A DNA stretch of 32,000 nt from Desulfotalea psychrophila LSv54 (GTDB taxonomy: Bacteria > Desulfobacterota > Desulfobulbia > Desulfobulbales > Desulfocapsaceae): positions 2,970,001-3,002,000 of the forward strand of contig NC_006138.1 of NCBI RefSeq assembly GCF_000025945.1. The letters run 5' to 3'. The number at the start of each line of letters is the position of its first letter. The first letter of the stretch is position 1. A model generated the notes under the pieces. It was not told the origin of the DNA. It was given only the letters and a program-made list of their open reading frames with translations, and ran no database searches. The position numbers and the translations under genes were made by a program. Of this stretch, positions 9,768 through 18,444 are shown one piece after another.

Positions 9768-10077
9768 GCAGGTAAATACTTCACAAACAGAACATAACAG
9801 AAAAATCGACTCAACATTAAGACGATTATTCGAAAAAGACCCGCTAGTCAGATTCCCCGGCCAGCGTCACCAAGCTTTCTCCTCCCGAGCCTCCTCTTTT
9901 CTGGCAAAACATCTTATCCCAGAGGAATAAAAGGCCTTTTTGTAAAAAAAAGGTCCCCTACAGCATGAGAAGAACGGACAAGCAGAGGCGTTGCAGCATT
10001 GATTGTTTCTCACAATCCAGACAATTCAGAAGATTGTTCTCCCCGTACCCCTTGCAACTTTTTTTTGTTCTCCTCGC

Positions 10078-10106
10078 TTGACTTTCCCCCTACCTTCCTG
10101 TAAAAT
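10078..10106 (+). promoter_or_regulatory. sigma70-type promoter for the glutamate synthase operon
   Basis: TTGACT (10078-10083), 17-nt spacer, TAAAAT (10101-10106). It lies ~110 nt upstream of the ATG at 10217. Confidence 0.5.
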
Positions 10107-10216
10107 TGACTTTCTTAGTAAGTTTGTTTTATCGGTGATATCGTTTCAGTTTACTTCTCATAAAACACCATTACCGCCCAAACAGGTATTATCCTTTTTC
10201 TTTTACAGGAGAAAAC

Positions 10217-11359
10217 ATGTGTCGTTTAGCTTTAAAAACCGCAACTGAACCTTTTTCGCCCTATGAGGTTCTTGAAGCCATGGAGGCTATGCAGGAGGGT
10301 TACGACGGTTCCGGCCTTGGCCTGCTCCTTCGTGGTCTGCAGTTTGCGGACTTCAAATACAATTCAAAATACCCCATATTGTCCGGTATTGCCCACTCGG
10401 AAGAGGCATGGGCCCGGATGAATGATTTTATGGACGAACGTGGTTATGAACTTAAGTATGACCATCGCTTTGCCATGGACCCCAAATACGCACAGACCGA
10501 AGGTCGTTTTCGCTACTTCCTTCGTGCCTATCGCATGCCGGAACGCTTTAAAAATGCTAGCCAACAAGAGAAAGATGATGAACTACTTCTTACTCGACTT
10601 GCCCTCCGCCAAAATGGCGAGGCACATGGCAACGACTTAACCGCCTTCTCCTTTTGGCCCGATGTCGCGATAATCAAAGAGGTTGGCTGGCCCCTTGAAA
10701 TTGGCAACGCCCTTCGCCTCTATGATGGCCAGATAAAGTCCCGTATCTGCATGGCCCAGGGACGACAAAACACCAACTACGGCATTAACCTCTACGCCTG
10801 TCACCCCTTCTTTATTCAAGGCATTGCCACCATGACCAATGGCGAAAACACCGCCTTTGTGCCCATCCGTGAATGGCTCCAGGCCAGACAATTTCCAGGC
10901 TATGTTGGCTACCAAAGTGACTCTGAGGTTTTTGCCCATATACTGCACTACACCCTCAGAGAGCTCAAATTGCCGCTGGAGGCCTATAAGCATATCATCA
11001 CCCCACTCTCTGGACGAGAGCTGGACGTTCATCCGCAGGGTGATTTCCTTAAAGGACTCAAGCAAACCTGTAGACGCCTCATCATCGATGGCCCCAATGC
11101 TATCATTGGCACCCTGTCGGATGAGACCTGTCTCCTGGCAATGGATCAGAAAAAACTTCGACCTGCTACCGTTGGCGGCCGAGAAGGCGAATGGGCTATT
11201 GCCTCAGAACTCTGTGGCGTTGCTGCCATGGTGCCTGACCGTGACCCATCCCTTGATTTTCAACCTATGCGTGAACACACAATCATCGTCCCACCAGATA
11301 GAAAGGAGTTGAAGATATGGTCTCAACAGGATCCATTCCAGTTACCCCCACTAGCTTAA
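10217..11359 (+). CDS. class II (Ntn) glutamine amidotransferase, stand-alone glutamate synthase domain-1-like subunit
   Basis: 380 aa starting MC (Cys2 nucleophile). SD AGGAG is upstream. It is first in a cluster with the FMN and GXGXG glutamate synthase modules. Confidence 0.8.
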   Translation: MCRLALKTATEPFSPYEVLEAMEAMQEGYDGSGLGLLLRGLQFADFKYNSKYPILSGIAHSEEAWARMNDFMDERGYELKYDHRFAMDPKYAQTEGRFRYFLRAYRMPERFKNASQQEKDDELLLTRLALRQNGEAHGNDLTAFSFWPDVAIIKEVGWPLEIGNALRLYDGQIKSRICMAQGRQNTNYGINLYACHPFFIQGIATMTNGENTAFVPIREWLQARQFPGYVGYQSDSEVFAHILHYTLRELKLPLEAYKHIITPLSGRELDVHPQGDFLKGLKQTCRRLIIDGPNAIIGTLSDETCLLAMDQKKLRPATVGGREGEWAIASELCGVAAMVPDRDPSLDFQPMREHTIIVPPDRKELKIWSQQDPFQLPPLA

Positions 11360-12957
11360 CATACAGCGATCTCCCGTGGATTATTGAGCACAGAGAGGAT
11401 AGATGTACCCTCTGTGGAAAATGCACAACTATATGCCCAAAGGGTGCTATCAGCCTGAGCTATAGACGTCAACGTTTACCCAAGCTCGATGTTTTCAGTA
11501 AAAAACGCTCCAGTGACTATCGCACCTTCACCGGTATTCGCCAGAGCACCGATCTTGCCCATGCCTGCATTGGCTGCGGCATGTGCGCCATGGTCTGCCC
11601 CAACGAGGCCATAACACCGGTCGCAAACGACAACGAACACCGCAGCCAGTTCTTCCACAATATAAATGGAGAACCATATAAACGCGGTGGACGCCGCAAT
11701 ATAAGCGGAGCTACCCTGCTTGACCGTATCATGTTCAACCGAATTTCCATGCTTACCGATCCCGCCCTGGACGCAGGCAGACATGAGTTCAACGTAACCA
11801 CTACTCTTGGTCGGGTCTTGGCCCCCAAGGAGTTCCTTGATCGTACCCGCAAGGGTGAATGGATACCTCCCACCAGGGAGATATTCCCCTTTGTCATTGG
11901 TTCCATGTCCTTTGGTGCTCTCTCACCGAATATGTGGCTTGGCTTGCTCCAGGGCGTTGCCTACTGCAATGAAGTCCTGGGAATTCCAGTCGTTATGTGT
12001 ACCGGCGAGGGTGGTTGCCCTCCATGGGTACTGAGAAGCCCATACCTCAAGTATATTATCCTGCAAATCGCCTCCGGTTATTTTGGTTGGGATGAAATCA
12101 TCCGTGCCATTCCGGAAATGGAGTGCATGCCAGCAGCAATTGAGATCAAATATGGACAGGGAGCAAAACCCGGTGACGGCGGACTGCTTATGGGACATAA
12201 GGTAAGTCAGCTCATCTCCCGACTACGTGGTGTACCTCAGGGCGTTGATCTACCTTCACCTCCAGTACATCAAACCCTGTACTCCATTGAAGAAAGTGTT
12301 ATGAAGATGATTCAAACACTCTCCACCGCATTTGATCACAAGGTACCGGTATACCCTAAGATTTCAGCCTCCACCTCGGCAAAATCCGTGCTCAACAACC
12401 TGGTGCGTAACCCCTATGCTGCCGGACTTACCATCGATGGCATTGACGGCGGAACCGGTGCAGCCTATGACGTTTCCATGCATGCAACAGGACACCCTAT
12501 CGCCTCCTGCGTACGTGAATGTTATCTCGAGTTGGCCAAGCAGGGAAAACAGAACGAAATTCCTATATTTGCAGCAGGTGGTATCGGCAAAAACGGCAAT
12601 GTTGCCCAAAACGGTATGGCCCTGATAATGCTTGGTGCATCGGGCGTTCATATTGGCAAGTATATCATGCAGGCCGCAGCCGGCTGTCTCGGTAACGAAA
12701 AAAACCGTTGCAACGTATGTAATCTTGGTATCTGTCCAAAGGGAATCACAAGCCAGAATCCAAAGCTCTACCGAAGACTTGACCCCGATAAGGTGGCCGA
12801 GAGAGTAGCCGAGGTATTCTGCTCCATCAATACCGAGGTCAAAAAAATCATGGCTCCTCTTGGTAGATCGCAAAGTCTTCCTATTGGTATGTCAGATGCC
12901 CTTGGTATTGCCGACAAGGCAGCGGCAGATAGACTCAACATAAAATACGTTTGCTAA
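11317..12957 (+). CDS. glutamate synthase FMN-binding (domain 2) subunit with N-terminal 2x[4Fe-4S] ferredoxin module
   Basis: 546 aa. Cys motifs CTLCGKCTTICP and CIGCGMCAMVCP. Glutamate synthase central-domain motifs KYGQGAKPGDGGLLMGHKV, SPPVHQTLYSIEE, IDGIDGGTGAA. SD AGGAG lies 8 nt before the ATG. Overlaps the upstream gene by 43 nt. Confidence 0.88.
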   Translation: MVSTGSIPVTPTSLTYSDLPWIIEHREDRCTLCGKCTTICPKGAISLSYRRQRLPKLDVFSKKRSSDYRTFTGIRQSTDLAHACIGCGMCAMVCPNEAITPVANDNEHRSQFFHNINGEPYKRGGRRNISGATLLDRIMFNRISMLTDPALDAGRHEFNVTTTLGRVLAPKEFLDRTRKGEWIPPTREIFPFVIGSMSFGALSPNMWLGLLQGVAYCNEVLGIPVVMCTGEGGCPPWVLRSPYLKYIILQIASGYFGWDEIIRAIPEMECMPAAIEIKYGQGAKPGDGGLLMGHKVSQLISRLRGVPQGVDLPSPPVHQTLYSIEESVMKMIQTLSTAFDHKVPVYPKISASTSAKSVLNNLVRNPYAAGLTIDGIDGGTGAAYDVSMHATGHPIASCVRECYLELAKQGKQNEIPIFAAGGIGKNGNVAQNGMALIMLGASGVHIGKYIMQAAAGCLGNEKNRCNVCNLGICPKGITSQNPKLYRRLDPDKVAERVAEVFCSINTEVKKIMAPLGRSQSLPIGMSDALGIADKAAADRLNIKYVC

Positions 12958-13013
12958 AACGATAGCTGATATGTCAGATATTATTTCCAATCTTATGACA
13001 TAAGGAGTTTTCA

Positions 13014-15341
13014 GTGACAAGAACTGTGATAAACGGCCTCGATGAAAACGGTCGTCGAATAAGCTCTATGGAGTTTGAGAAAATGGTCCGGGCTGCTGCC
13101 AGCAGCTCAGCCAATATCCATCTCAACTCCTACGGGCAACATAATATAGGTATTAGATTAGAGCACAAAGAGGGACTCAACATCACCGTTGAAGGCCCTT
13201 CTGGACAGCGTCTTGGTTGCATGGGACTTCCCGGCACCAAGATTGTCTGTAAGGGCGCCACCTCCGATGATGTCGGCTACCTGAATATTGGTGCTGAAAT
13301 CACCGTCCTCGGTGACGCCACCAACGGTGCCTGTAATGCCATGGCCATGGGCAAGGTCTATATTGGTGGCTCCATTGGTGCCCGTGGTCTGACCATGACC
13401 AAGTGGAACCCGGAGTATGAAAAACCTGAACTGTGGGTACTTGGCTCCACCGGCGATTCTTTTGCCGAATTCAACTGTGGTGGTATTGCTGTCGTCTGTG
13501 GCATCAAGCCCAAAACCCCGAAAAATATACTCGGCTATCGACCATGTGTCGGAATGGTTGGCGGCTCGATCTACTTCCGTGGACCAATAGATGACTCTTA
13601 CTCAAGACTTAATGCCAAGCTCTGCAAACTAGATGACCAGCAATGGCAGTGGCTCCTTGAAAATATGCCGACCTTTCTCGGCAATATCCAAAGAGAAGAT
13701 CTTAGTGAAGAACTCACCATCCGGGAAGATTGGCATGTCCTGAGCTCCATTACCACCCAAGAGCGGGCTCTTATGTGGGCAGGTCCCATGCCCATGGCAG
13801 AATTTCGCCGTGAACACTGGGATAAAACCTTTGGCGGTGACCCCCTACGTGATATTGCCCCTGGCCTTGACCGTAGTCCCATTAATGCCATCACCACCGG
13901 AGAACTTCGTCGCAAAAAGCCCTACTGGGCCAACAACGAATATTCTGCTCCCTGCACATACTACTGTCCAATTCACATTCCAACCGTGGAACGCCTGCGT
14001 CTTCTCCGAGAGGGAAGGGCAGATGAGGCCTACGAACTACTGCTCCGCTACACGCCTCTTCCCGCCTCTGTCTGCGGCGCTATTTGTCCTAACCAGTGCA
14101 TTCAGAATTGTTCAAGAAAAGGTGTTGATGAGGCCATTGACACCCAAATTCTTGGTCGGGCAGCTGGACATTTTCCGGCGCCTAAACCAGCAGCTGCCAC
14201 AGGCAAAAGAGTTGCCATCATTGGTGGTGGCCCCGGCGGCATGAATGCAGCATGGCAACTTGCCCTTAAAGGTATTGAGGCCCATATCTTTGAGCAAGAT
14301 GACAAACTCGGCGGCAAGCTGGCAGGAGTAATCCCCTGGGAGCGCCTGCCACAGGCAACATGGCAGTATGAAATCGATCGTTTCACCTCCATGGAGGGGA
14401 TCGAACTGCACCTGAATACCACCATGACCAAGGGAAAGTTTGCCGAGCTGCAAAGAGATTATGACTACGTTATCGTAGCCGTAGGAACCCACGAGCCACG
14501 AAGCATTCCATTTCCAGGACATGAGAAGGTGATCCCGGCCCTCCACTTCTTAAAGGATGCCAAAAACGCCAGCCACCCTCCACAGGTAGGCAGAGAAGTC
14601 GTGATCATCGGCGCAGGCAATGTCGGCTGTGATGTAGCCTGTGAGGCCTATCGCCTCGGCGCGGAAAAGGTTACCCTGATAGATATCCAAAAGCCGCTGG
14701 CCTTTGGTAACGAAAAAGAGGCAGCCGAAGCACTGGGCGCTCAATTTCGTTGGCCAATAACCACAAAGGAGGTAACGGATCAGGGTATTATCACCACGGA
14801 TGGCGAACTGATACCTGCTCAGACCGTTATTGTCTCTATTGGTGATGTTCCCGCCCTCTCCTTCCTGCCGGATTCCGTGGAGACCATGACCGTTGGTGGC
14901 GCAGATTGGGTAACCACCAACGAGGCATATGTTACCTCAAACAAGAAGGTACTTGCCGTAGGCGATGTAAAACGACCAGGGCTTGCAACCAACGCCTTGG
15001 GTGCTGGCAAAGACGCCGCAGAGTACATTCTTGCCACCGAAAAAGGCGAGAAGTGGGAGCCCTTCAGCAAACCACTCATTGCCCAATCCGCCCTGACCAT
15101 CACTCATTACGCGCCGATAGCAAAGGAAGCAACAGAGGCAAATCAGGCCGACCGTTGTCTCTCCTGTGCCTCCTGCCGTGATTGCCATCTCTGTGAAACC
15201 ATCTGTCCAGAGGGTGCCATTTCACGGGAAGATCTGGGCAACGGAGAGTATCGCTATGTCTCCAACGACGATAAATGTATCGCCTGTGGTTTTTGCGCCG
15301 ACACCTGTCCCTGTGGTATCTGGGTCATGAACCCCTACTAG
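13014..15341 (+). CDS. fusion protein: glutamate synthase GXGXG (domain 3) module + GltD-like NAD(P)H/FAD oxidoreductase + C-terminal 2x[4Fe-4S] ferredoxin
   Basis: 775 aa with GTG start and AGGAG 6 nt upstream. The N-terminal beta-helix repeat pattern is GPSGQRLGCMGLPGTKIVCKG...GDATNGACNAMAMGKVYIGGSIGARG. A GltD-type Cys cluster region follows (CPIHIP...CGAICPNQC). Dinucleotide folds are VAIIGGGPGGMNAA and VVIIGAGNVGCDVA. The C-terminus has CLSCASCRDCHLCETICP and CIACGFCADTCP. Confidence 0.88.
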   Translation: MTRTVINGLDENGRRISSMEFEKMVRAAASSSANIHLNSYGQHNIGIRLEHKEGLNITVEGPSGQRLGCMGLPGTKIVCKGATSDDVGYLNIGAEITVLGDATNGACNAMAMGKVYIGGSIGARGLTMTKWNPEYEKPELWVLGSTGDSFAEFNCGGIAVVCGIKPKTPKNILGYRPCVGMVGGSIYFRGPIDDSYSRLNAKLCKLDDQQWQWLLENMPTFLGNIQREDLSEELTIREDWHVLSSITTQERALMWAGPMPMAEFRREHWDKTFGGDPLRDIAPGLDRSPINAITTGELRRKKPYWANNEYSAPCTYYCPIHIPTVERLRLLREGRADEAYELLLRYTPLPASVCGAICPNQCIQNCSRKGVDEAIDTQILGRAAGHFPAPKPAAATGKRVAIIGGGPGGMNAAWQLALKGIEAHIFEQDDKLGGKLAGVIPWERLPQATWQYEIDRFTSMEGIELHLNTTMTKGKFAELQRDYDYVIVAVGTHEPRSIPFPGHEKVIPALHFLKDAKNASHPPQVGREVVIIGAGNVGCDVACEAYRLGAEKVTLIDIQKPLAFGNEKEAAEALGAQFRWPITTKEVTDQGIITTDGELIPAQTVIVSIGDVPALSFLPDSVETMTVGGADWVTTNEAYVTSNKKVLAVGDVKRPGLATNALGAGKDAAEYILATEKGEKWEPFSKPLIAQSALTITHYAPIAKEATEANQADRCLSCASCRDCHLCETICPEGAISREDLGNGEYRYVSNDDKCIACGFCADTCPCGIWVMNPY

Positions 15342-15353
15342 AGTTCAGCCGAC

Positions 15354-15390
15354 AAAGAGGGCTCGGCGTAGACGGCGAGCCCTCTTTCCC
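15354..15390 (+). terminator. intrinsic terminator after the glutamate synthase operon
   Basis: AAAGAGGGCTCGGCG / CGGCGAGCCCTCTTT forms a GC-rich stem of ~12 bp with one mismatch, followed by a short TTT tract. Confidence 0.6.
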
Positions 15391-15525
15391 CCTCCCACCT
15401 TCTTCCCTCTCACAAAAGTCACTTTCATAGTGACTCAAACTGCTGTATACTCGCCATAGCTATCAAGCGGTAATTCAAAAAAATCGCCTGTTATCATTTA
15501 ATTAAAATTTACCTTTCATGGTTAT

Positions 15526-17292
15526 ATGGCAATGATTGACCCCCTACGTAAGATCCTGACCCCCCTCAAAGAGACACAAAATATTCGTGGTGTTGAGCTC
15601 CCCATCGGTTTGGAATTTCTCCAGCTCGTTGTTACCGGCCCCCCCGGTGCCGGCAAATCGTATTACATTGACCAGATAGGCGGTTGGCCCAACGAGGGCT
15701 ATATAGATCTCACCCATAAGGGTTGGTGGAAAGGGCAATCCCTCACCTATCGACCACGGGAGGTGCATCTGGGAATCCCCTTCAAGGGCTATAAAGAGGC
15801 CATAACCGTTTTTGACCGGGAATGGCTCGATGCCCCCACCCCTCCACGGCTGGACCTGTCACGCATAAAACTCCCCCCTGCCCAGGATGGTCTCTTTGTT
15901 ACCAACTGGAACGACAGATATATTTTTGAATTTCTTATCCCCGATGCAGCGACCGTCTACGCCCAGAGAACAGGCCGACAAGACGAGGGATATTTCCCGG
16001 TAGATGACGATCTCACCCTTTCCATGGTCGAAGAACAACTGCTGGTATATCAGGAGGTGGCTCACTATCTCCATAGGGCAGGAATGCACGTCTATGTACG
16101 CAAAGGTCTCAACTCACCGCCAATGATCATTGTAGAAAAGGGAAGTGGTACGGTTCCCTTCTGGTCTGTTGAGAAGAAGGTGGAGCGCCCCAGCCTACGC
16201 ACCCTCGCCGGTTGGCGCTATCTACTGCTTCACCACAGACCCATCAATTGGTTGCATATTAGCCATGAGAACAAACTCTTAACCAAGTCCGGCAGAATTG
16301 CCCACGATGGTCGCGGTTTTAAACTCCTCCTTGGCAAACAGTCTCTCTACTTTCAACCCGAAATCCCCCTGGGAATCTCTAAAAAAGAACTGACCAAGAA
16401 CTGGACCTTTAGCAGCAGCCTCCACTGCTCCGCGCCCAACAGCCCCGCTTTTTTGCGTTTGTGTGTAGGGGAGACCGCCATCCTGGGACGCCTTAACCAA
16501 GCCCTCACTGACATTGTCCAACTGGATAAATCTGTAGCAGGACGGCATGTCAGCGTTTCTAACATCAAGGGAGATCTCGTTCTCACCCCCCTTGATAATA
16601 CGGCAACAACATCCATTCGGCGCCTAAACGACCTTGACCATCGGGAAAAACTGGAAAGCAACCGCTATGCCTCCTTTATCGCTCTTCGCAAGCTGATGGA
16701 GGGTCCCATCCAGGAGCTGGATACAGAGAGAGCCCTGAGCGACCTACAACAGATTAATAAAATTTTGGCAGGAGAAAGCTCCCGCCCCATCAATAAAAAC
16801 GGTGAGCCGGGAGGCATCCTGGACCTCACAGAGGATGCCAACGCCATCATTGTCGGCGACCTCCATGGCCAGGTGGACAATTTTCTTAAAATTCTCACCG
16901 AAAACTGTATTATCCATAATCTGAGAAAACGGCGCTCCACCCTGATTATTCTGGGAGATGCCATCCACTCCGAGATTGCAGGCGAGATGGAAGATATGAC
17001 CAGCAGTGTCCTACTCATGGATATAATACTTCGTCTCAAACTGGCCTATCCCAAAAATGTCCACTATATTCGGGGTAATCACGATAGTTTTGATGCCACC
17101 ATCAGCAAGAATGGAATATCTCAGGGGCTACTCCACAAGGAGCATCTCCTTAAGATCCGTGGCTTGGAATACGTAAATGCCATGAACGCCTTTTGGCAGC
17201 AGATTCCCTATATCGTCCGCTCACCAATTTTTTCCGCCTGCCATGCAGGACCGCCCCTGACTGAATGCCCGAAAATGATCTTATTAATGTAA
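15526..17292 (+). CDS. multidomain protein: N-terminal P-loop NTPase-like region, central FHA-like segment, C-terminal PPP-family (calcineurin-like) Ser/Thr phosphatase domain; truncated by a frameshift
   Basis: 588 aa. Walker A is VVTGPPGAGKSY. The FHA-like stretch is ILGRLNQALTDIVQLDKSVAGRHVSV. Metallophosphatase motifs are IIVGDLHGQ, ILGDAIHSE, IRGNHD and ACHAG. The ORF stops before the final GH motif of the fold. Confidence 0.7.
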   Translation: MAMIDPLRKILTPLKETQNIRGVELPIGLEFLQLVVTGPPGAGKSYYIDQIGGWPNEGYIDLTHKGWWKGQSLTYRPREVHLGIPFKGYKEAITVFDREWLDAPTPPRLDLSRIKLPPAQDGLFVTNWNDRYIFEFLIPDAATVYAQRTGRQDEGYFPVDDDLTLSMVEEQLLVYQEVAHYLHRAGMHVYVRKGLNSPPMIIVEKGSGTVPFWSVEKKVERPSLRTLAGWRYLLLHHRPINWLHISHENKLLTKSGRIAHDGRGFKLLLGKQSLYFQPEIPLGISKKELTKNWTFSSSLHCSAPNSPAFLRLCVGETAILGRLNQALTDIVQLDKSVAGRHVSVSNIKGDLVLTPLDNTATTSIRRLNDLDHREKLESNRYASFIALRKLMEGPIQELDTERALSDLQQINKILAGESSRPINKNGEPGGILDLTEDANAIIVGDLHGQVDNFLKILTENCIIHNLRKRRSTLIILGDAIHSEIAGEMEDMTSSVLLMDIILRLKLAYPKNVHYIRGNHDSFDATISKNGISQGLLHKEHLLKIRGLEYVNAMNAFWQQIPYIVRSPIFSACHAGPPLTECPKMILLM

Positions 17293-17612
17293 GATACAGA
17301 GCGGATCTGGCAAAAGAGCTCACCTCTAACCGGGTAGAGCGACCAGGGAGTATGAATGGCTACAATAAAAATGACATAAAACGTTTTCGCAAACTGCTGG
17401 ATCTTGGCTCCAGAACAGCTGTTATTGTTGGCCATACCCCCCTTGACCCCTTTGCCAGTGTATGGACAGATGCGGGCACAATCAGAAGTCATCATATTGT
17501 TTATAGCGGACATAATCAGGGGCCATCAATATTTACCCAGTCTACAGGAAAAATGATCCAGGTCAGCTACCCCTATGAACCATTAATAAAATTAATAAAT
17601 AAGATTCGCTAA
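17265..17612 (+). CDS. C-terminal remainder of the PPP phosphatase domain, in the -1 frame relative to the upstream ORF (probable fragment of one gene)
   Basis: 115 aa carrying AVIVGHTPLD, the last conserved metallophosphatase motif. Overlaps the upstream ORF by 28 nt. It has no SD of its own. Confidence 0.5.
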   Translation: MPENDLINVRYRADLAKELTSNRVERPGSMNGYNKNDIKRFRKLLDLGSRTAVIVGHTPLDPFASVWTDAGTIRSHHIVYSGHNQGPSIFTQSTGKMIQVSYPYEPLIKLINKIR

Positions 17613-17616
17613 TATA

Positions 17617-17646
17617 TTGACAGGTAGTTATAGAGAGACAGATAAT
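17617..17646 (+). promoter_or_regulatory. sigma70-type promoter for the DUF47-PiT operon
   Basis: TTGACA (17617-17622), 18-nt spacer, GATAAT (17641-17646). Confidence 0.45.
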
Positions 17647-17659
17647 ACGGTTATTTTCT

Positions 17660-17676
17660 TGACAGCCTTACTGTCA
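17660..17676 (+). promoter_or_regulatory. palindromic operator-like site TGACAG-N5-CTGTCA
   Basis: Perfect 6-bp inverted repeat just downstream of the predicted TSS. CTGTCATA (17671-17678) equals the first 8 nt of the E. coli Pho-box repeat. Confidence 0.3.
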
Positions 17677-17745
17677 TACAATAAAAACCGTGGAAATCTG
17701 TTTTTATTAATCCCTATCGAACTAATAAAAGTAAGGTATTATATT

Positions 17746-18432
17746 ATGGCTCTTTTACCAACCAGTGCCCTCTCGGGACTCCTTCGCGGTTCGCCGTTTA
17801 AACCTATTCAGGAACATATGAGAGTAGTATTTTCCTGCGTTTGCCAGATACCACCATTATTTGATGCCCTATATCACAAAGATGACGTTCAGCTCTCCAT
17901 ATTTGCTGAAAAAATAATTAATCTTGAGACCGAAGCGGATAAACTCAAAAGCAAGTTTCGTCTCAATATGCCTAAATCGCTCCTGCTTCCAGTTGATCGT
18001 AAAGATCTTCTCGGTCTCATCAGTGATCAAGATGCAATTGCAGATACAACGGAGGAAATTGCCCAAATACTGCTCTACCGAGATATGACGGTACCAGAAG
18101 AATTGAAGGTGCTCCTTGACGAACTCCTTGAGGCCACCATAGAAATTTCCTCCGACGCAAAGGCCATCATCGAACAACTCGACGAACTCCTGGAAGTAGG
18201 TTTTGGCGGAAGAGAATTTGATAAAGTTACAAGGATGATCGCTGGCGTTCGACGTGGCGAACATAATATTGATAACATACTACACAGATCTAGACGTGCC
18301 CTTTTTGAAGTAGAAAATAGCCTTGACCCTGTCTCGGTTATGTTCTGGTATGAGATTCTTGGTTTACTCGGTAAGATTTCCGATTTAGCCGAGAACCTTG
18401 GCGACCGCCTGCTTCTATTCATGTCTAAATAA
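17746..18432 (+). CDS. DUF47 / TIGR00153 PhoU-like phosphate-transport accessory protein
   Basis: The ORF track starts at TTG 17617, but ATG 17746 (MALLPTSALSGLLRGSPFKPIQEHM...) has AAGG upstream and gives the usual ~228 aa. Lies directly upstream of a PiT transporter, the classic pairing. Confidence 0.8.
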   Translation: MALLPTSALSGLLRGSPFKPIQEHMRVVFSCVCQIPPLFDALYHKDDVQLSIFAEKIINLETEADKLKSKFRLNMPKSLLLPVDRKDLLGLISDQDAIADTTEEIAQILLYRDMTVPEELKVLLDELLEATIEISSDAKAIIEQLDELLEVGFGGREFDKVTRMIAGVRRGEHNIDNILHRSRRALFEVENSLDPVSVMFWYEILGLLGKISDLAENLGDRLLLFMSK

Positions 18433-18444
18433 TCTGGGGGAAAT

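Noticed and set aside
9930-9960. Palindrome AAAAGGCCTTTT and the CCTTTTT/AAAAAGG pairing after the second tatA gene, considered as a terminator
   Set aside because: The stem is almost entirely A-T, the loop is minimal and no U tract follows. That is insufficient to call a terminator.
9048-10114. The 9-mer TTGACTTTC occurs three times (9048, 10078, 10106), and TTGACTTTT occurs at 4293
   Set aside because: The 9-mer contains the sigma70 -35 consensus, and two occurrences have good -10 partners. Recurrence in A/T-rich intergenic DNA is explained by promoters. I cannot show enrichment without genome-wide counts.
17617-17745. N-terminal 43-aa extension of the DUF47 ORF from a TTG start
   Set aside because: The TTG is part of a TTGACA -35 hexamer. 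The extension is non-conserved-looking and A/T-rich. ATG 17746 with AAGG upstream gives the normal family length.
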